In this document: positions 61,187-64,000 of the stretch, one piece after another
Layout: each line of letters opens with the position of its first letter
Numbering within the stretch: the first letter of the stretch is position 1
Origin: Candidatus Sumerlaeota bacterium
Lineage (GTDB): Bacteria; Sumerlaeota; Sumerlaeia; SLMS01; JAHLLQ01
Assembly: GCA_021772755.1 (NCBI GenBank)
Contig: JAJFLJ010000083.1
Span: forward strand, 1,416-65,415
Reading direction: 5' to 3'
Length of the DNA: 64,000 bases
Program-made: the position numbers and the translations under genes
Notes under the pieces: model-generated
What the model was told of the DNA's origin: nothing
Database searches by the model: none
The model's input: only the letters and a program-made list of their open reading frames with translations

Positions 61187-61918
61187 TCAGTACATTTCCC
61201 ACTCGCCGACCGTGGAGTTCAGGGGCGTGTGCTGCGTGCCGGAATGAATGTCGTCGAGGAAGAGGTTCACGTTCGTCAGGGTCGCGGTGGTTCCAAGGAT
61301 CGGGCGCAGGAAGACGCCCTCGTAGGCCGCCGCATCGCCGACGTCGCCGCCGTCGTACACGCCGTCGCCCAGCGCGATGCTAATGGCCCAGCTCGTAGAG
61401 GCGTTCGAATCGGTCTCGGTCGCGAAGTCCCAGTAGAGATACTGCCAATTCGGGCCTCCGGAGATCGTCTTCCAGACCATGTTCTCGTAGACTTCGTTGT
61501 CGCCGCTGCTGGTGGGGTCTTCGCGAAGACCGATGTTGATCTCCATGTCGCCGGCGGCGCCGTCATACAAGTAGTACAGACCAACACCGCCGGTGTCGGC
61601 GGGATCGGAGAGCAGATGGCGGTCGGAGAAATCGGTCATACGGATGAAGCTGGTCGCCGGGTCGTCAGTCGACCACTGGAAGACGATTTCCTGGGACTGG
61701 GTCCCCTGCGTACCGTCGCCCGGGCTGAGCTGATCGTTGGACTGGGTTGCGGAGGGGGCGCCGCTGGATCCCGCTTCGATACCGATGGTCGATCCGGAAA
61801 AACCAGGGCCGTTCAGGAGGTTCGTGTCGGCTGCTTCGAAGCTCAGATCGACGGCTGCGAAGCCCGATCCCGCGATGGAGGCGCAAAGCGCCGCCGCAAA
61901 AAGATTTTTGACTTTCAT
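61187..61918 (-). CDS. Secreted Gly/Ser/Thr/Asp-rich protein (243 aa), unknown function
   Basis: Signal peptide MKVKNLFAAALCASIAGSGFA. Low-complexity G/S/T/D-rich mature region. Slightly lower GC than surroundings. Confidence 0.55.
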   Translation of the reverse strand: MKVKNLFAAALCASIAGSGFAAVDLSFEAADTNLLNGPGFSGSTIGIEAGSSGAPSATQSNDQLSPGDGTQGTQSQEIVFQWSTDDPATSFIRMTDFSDRHLLSDPADTGGVGLYYLYDGAAGDMEINIGLREDPTSSGDNEVYENMVWKTISGGPNWQYLYWDFATETDSNASTSWAISIALGDGVYDGGDVGDAAAYEGVFLRPILGTTATLTNVNLFLDDIHSGTQHTPLNSTVGEWEMY

Positions 61919-62276
61919 GAGAGTGCTCCTTCTTGGGTGAGTGTAGCCTTGGGTTTCACCCTGCCGGTAGATCGGTCCACGCGCAAGCCCGAAGTTCCCA
62001 TTTCTAACGGAAATCTGTCCTTGTTCTCGCATTTCGCGGAAAGCGGGTGGCGCACCCTGAATCCCGAACGAATCGACGCGTGATCAACTGAAAACAGTGG
62101 ACTTGGACGGTTTCGGTCCTGGGCCGCGACCGGCGCCATCTGGTGGCGGAGGACGGGAGTTTCGCGCAGAGAGGCGAAGACGCGGAGAAGAGACGGGAGG
62201 CGGAGAGGGCGCGAAGGGGCGAGGATGTCGGCTGCGAGCGGGATCGGGGCGAGTATCCCTCCGGCGCATCGCGCCT

Positions 62277-62318
62277 GGAGATGTCAGCCTTGTGTTGCCG
62301 CAGGCAACCCGGGGAACC
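62277..62318. repeat. Second copy of the 42-bp palindromic element ggagatgNNagcctNgNgttgccgcaggcaaccNNgggaacc
   Basis: Matches 43501-43542 in 36 of 42 positions, including the core palindrome gttgcc-gca-ggcaac. Sits in the same position relative to flanking minus-strand genes. Confidence 0.5.
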
Positions 62319-62418
62319 GGATGTGTTGGAAAGAACAGCGTCGCTGTTCGACAAGCCTCTCGCGGACAACGACCAACGAAGAACGGTCAACCGCTCTTCC
62401 CGGGAGCGCCACGGACCG

Positions 62419-64000
62419 CTATTTGGCCTTCTTCTTCGCAGCCTTCTTGGCGGAGGACTTCTTCGCGGCCTTCTTGACGGATTTCTTGACCGCCTTCTTG
62501 GCGGCCTTCTTCCGTCCGCCGCCGGACTTCGCCTTGGCGGCGATCAGTTCCTTCGCCTGCTCCAGCGTGATGCTCTCCGGCGCTGTGTCCTTGGGCAGCG
62601 TGGCGTTGGTGTCGCCATCTGTGACATAGGGGCCGTATCGCCCGTCGAGCACCTGGATGGACTCGCCGAGGTCCTTGAGGACGGCCTTCTTCGCGGCGGC
62701 CCGGCGGCCCTGCTTGGGCTGGGCGAGGAGTTCCAGGGCGCGCTCCAGCGTGATCGTATAGGGGCTGTCCGGTTCCTTGATGGAGCGGAAATCGCGGTCC
62801 ATCTGGACGTAGGGGCCGTAGCGACCGTTGTTGGCGAGGATCGGGGTGCCGGTCTCGGGATGGGTGCCGAGTTCGCGGGGGAGGGAGAGCAGATGCAGGG
62901 CGGTTTCGAGATCGACGTCGTCCTCGGCCATGTCCTTTTCGAGCGAGGCGCGGCGGGGCTTCTCCTTGGAGTCGCCGGTTTCTCCGAGCTGGACGTAGGG
63001 CCCGAAGCGGCCCCGGGCGGCGTAGACGGTCAGGCCGGACTTCGGGTCGGTTCCGACGGCGCGGGGGCCTTCGGCCTTGCGGCGGATCATCTGTGCGGCG
63101 TCTTCGACGGTCAGATCGGCGGGAGCGATGTCGGGCGGCACGTTGGCGCGGTTGCCGTCGCCGCCCTCTCCGCGAACCAGGTAGGGGCCGTAGCGGCCGA
63201 TGCGCAGAACGATGGGCTCGGCGGTCTCGGGGTCTTCGCCCAGGGCGGTGTCGGGAAAGCCGATGCGCTCGACCTCGCGCTCGATGCGGCTGGCCAGACC
63301 GGTGCTGTCGGCTGCGGTGGCTCCGCTGGCGCCGTAGTAGAACTGGCGGACGTGATCGACCCAGTCGCGGGCGCCGTCGGCGATTTCGTCGAGTTCCTCT
63401 TCCATGCGCGCGGTGAACTTCAGATCGACGTAGTCGGCGAAGTGGCTGCGCATCAGGTTCGTCACGGCCATGGCGGTGAAGGTGGGCACCAGGGCGCCGC
63501 CGCTCTTGGCGCTGTTGGCATAGCCGCGGTTCTGGATGGTGGTGATGATGGAGGCGTACGTGGAGGGGCGGCCGATGCCCTCCTCTTCGAGCTTCTTGAC
63601 CAGAGCGGCTTCGGTGTAGCGGGCCGGCGGCATGGTGACGTGCTGGTTGGCCTTTACGTCGCCGAAAGTGGCCGGACCCGGTTCGCGGCCGATGGTCTGG
63701 CCTTCTCTGAGATCGGGAAGGATCGTTTCCTTGTCGCCGAGTTCCGCGGCGGGATCGTCGCTGCCCTCGACATAGGCGCGCAGGTACCCGGGGAAGAGGA
63801 TCTTCTTGCCGCTGACGGAGAACACCGCCGGGCCGCGCCGACAGGGGGCGGTGATTTCGATGGTGGTGCGAAGGACGTCGGCTTCGGGCATCTGGCTGGC
63901 GAGGGTGCGCTTCCAGATCAGCTCGTAGACGCGGGCCTCCTCCTTCGAGAGGTAGCGCTCGATGTCCTGGGGGCGGCGTCCGAACTGCGTCGGGCGGATC
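62419..64000 (-). CDS. topA: DNA topoisomerase I, 3' portion (gene continues beyond the window end)
   Basis: Repeated Zn-ribbon-like GRYGPYV/GRFGPYV modules and a Lys-rich C-terminal tail. In-frame continuation to base 64000 encodes ...ELIWKRTLASQMPEA, which is TopA core sequence. Confidence 0.9.
   Translation of the reverse strand, partial: IRPTQFGRRPQDIERYLSKEEARVYELIWKRTLASQMPEADVLRTTIEITAPCRRGPAVFSVSGKKILFPGYLRAYVEGSDDPAAELGDKETILPDLREGQTIGREPGPATFGDVKANQHVTMPPARYTEAALVKKLEEEGIGRPSTYASIITTIQNRGYANSAKSGGALVPTFTAMAVTNLMRSHFADYVDLKFTARMEEELDEIADGARDWVDHVRQFYYGASGATAADSTGLASRIEREVERIGFPDTALGEDPETAEPIVLRIGRYGPYLVRGEGGDGNRANVPPDIAPADLTVEDAAQMIRRKAEGPRAVGTDPKSGLTVYAARGRFGPYVQLGETGDSKEKPRRASLEKDMAEDDVDLETALHLLSLPRELGTHPETGTPILANNGRYGPYVQMDRDFRSIKEPDSPYTITLERALELLAQPKQGRRAAAKKAVLKDLGESIQVLDGRYGPYVTDGDTNATLPKDTAPESITLEQAKELIAAKAKSGGGRKKAAKKAVKKSVKKAAKKSSAKKAAKKKAK

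Overview
This is a 64 kb chromosomal segment from a high-GC (~68%) Gram-negative-type bacterium. Gene density is high and there are many 4-nt start/stop overlaps (ATGA/GTGA). About 55 protein-coding genes are supportable, plus one tRNA-Ala(CGC); there are no rRNA genes or CRISPR arrays. Housekeeping genes recognised by strong motifs are ccsA, kdsA, thiD, uvrB, cysS, znuACB, tadA, ribD, bioD, cdsA, phr and a topA 3' fragment. Accessory content falls into five parts. (1) An ECF sigma/anti-sigma/periplasmic-protein module followed by DUF4139, DUF58 and a TgpA-like transglutaminase. (2) A minus-strand operon encoding a 1244-aa secreted protein with carboxypeptidase-regulatory-like beta-sandwich repeats, followed by three translationally coupled lipoproteins, with exoD upstream. 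(3) A tRNA-Ala-flanked low-GC islet carrying an integrase remnant. (4) A Gtr-like glycosylation cluster (GT2, epimerase, methyltransferase, GtrA, GT-B) that ends in a second low-GC insertion bracketed by a composite repeat family; one ~160-bp member also sits beside the integrase remnant. (5) A double-FHA protein paired with a metallophosphoesterase. Regulatory-type signals include a perfect 10-1-10 AT-rich palindrome (Zur-box-like) upstream of znuA, a REP-like hairpin cluster whose 42-bp core recurs 19 kb away, and two intrinsic terminators. All functional calls rest on motif recognition by eye; no database search was possible.
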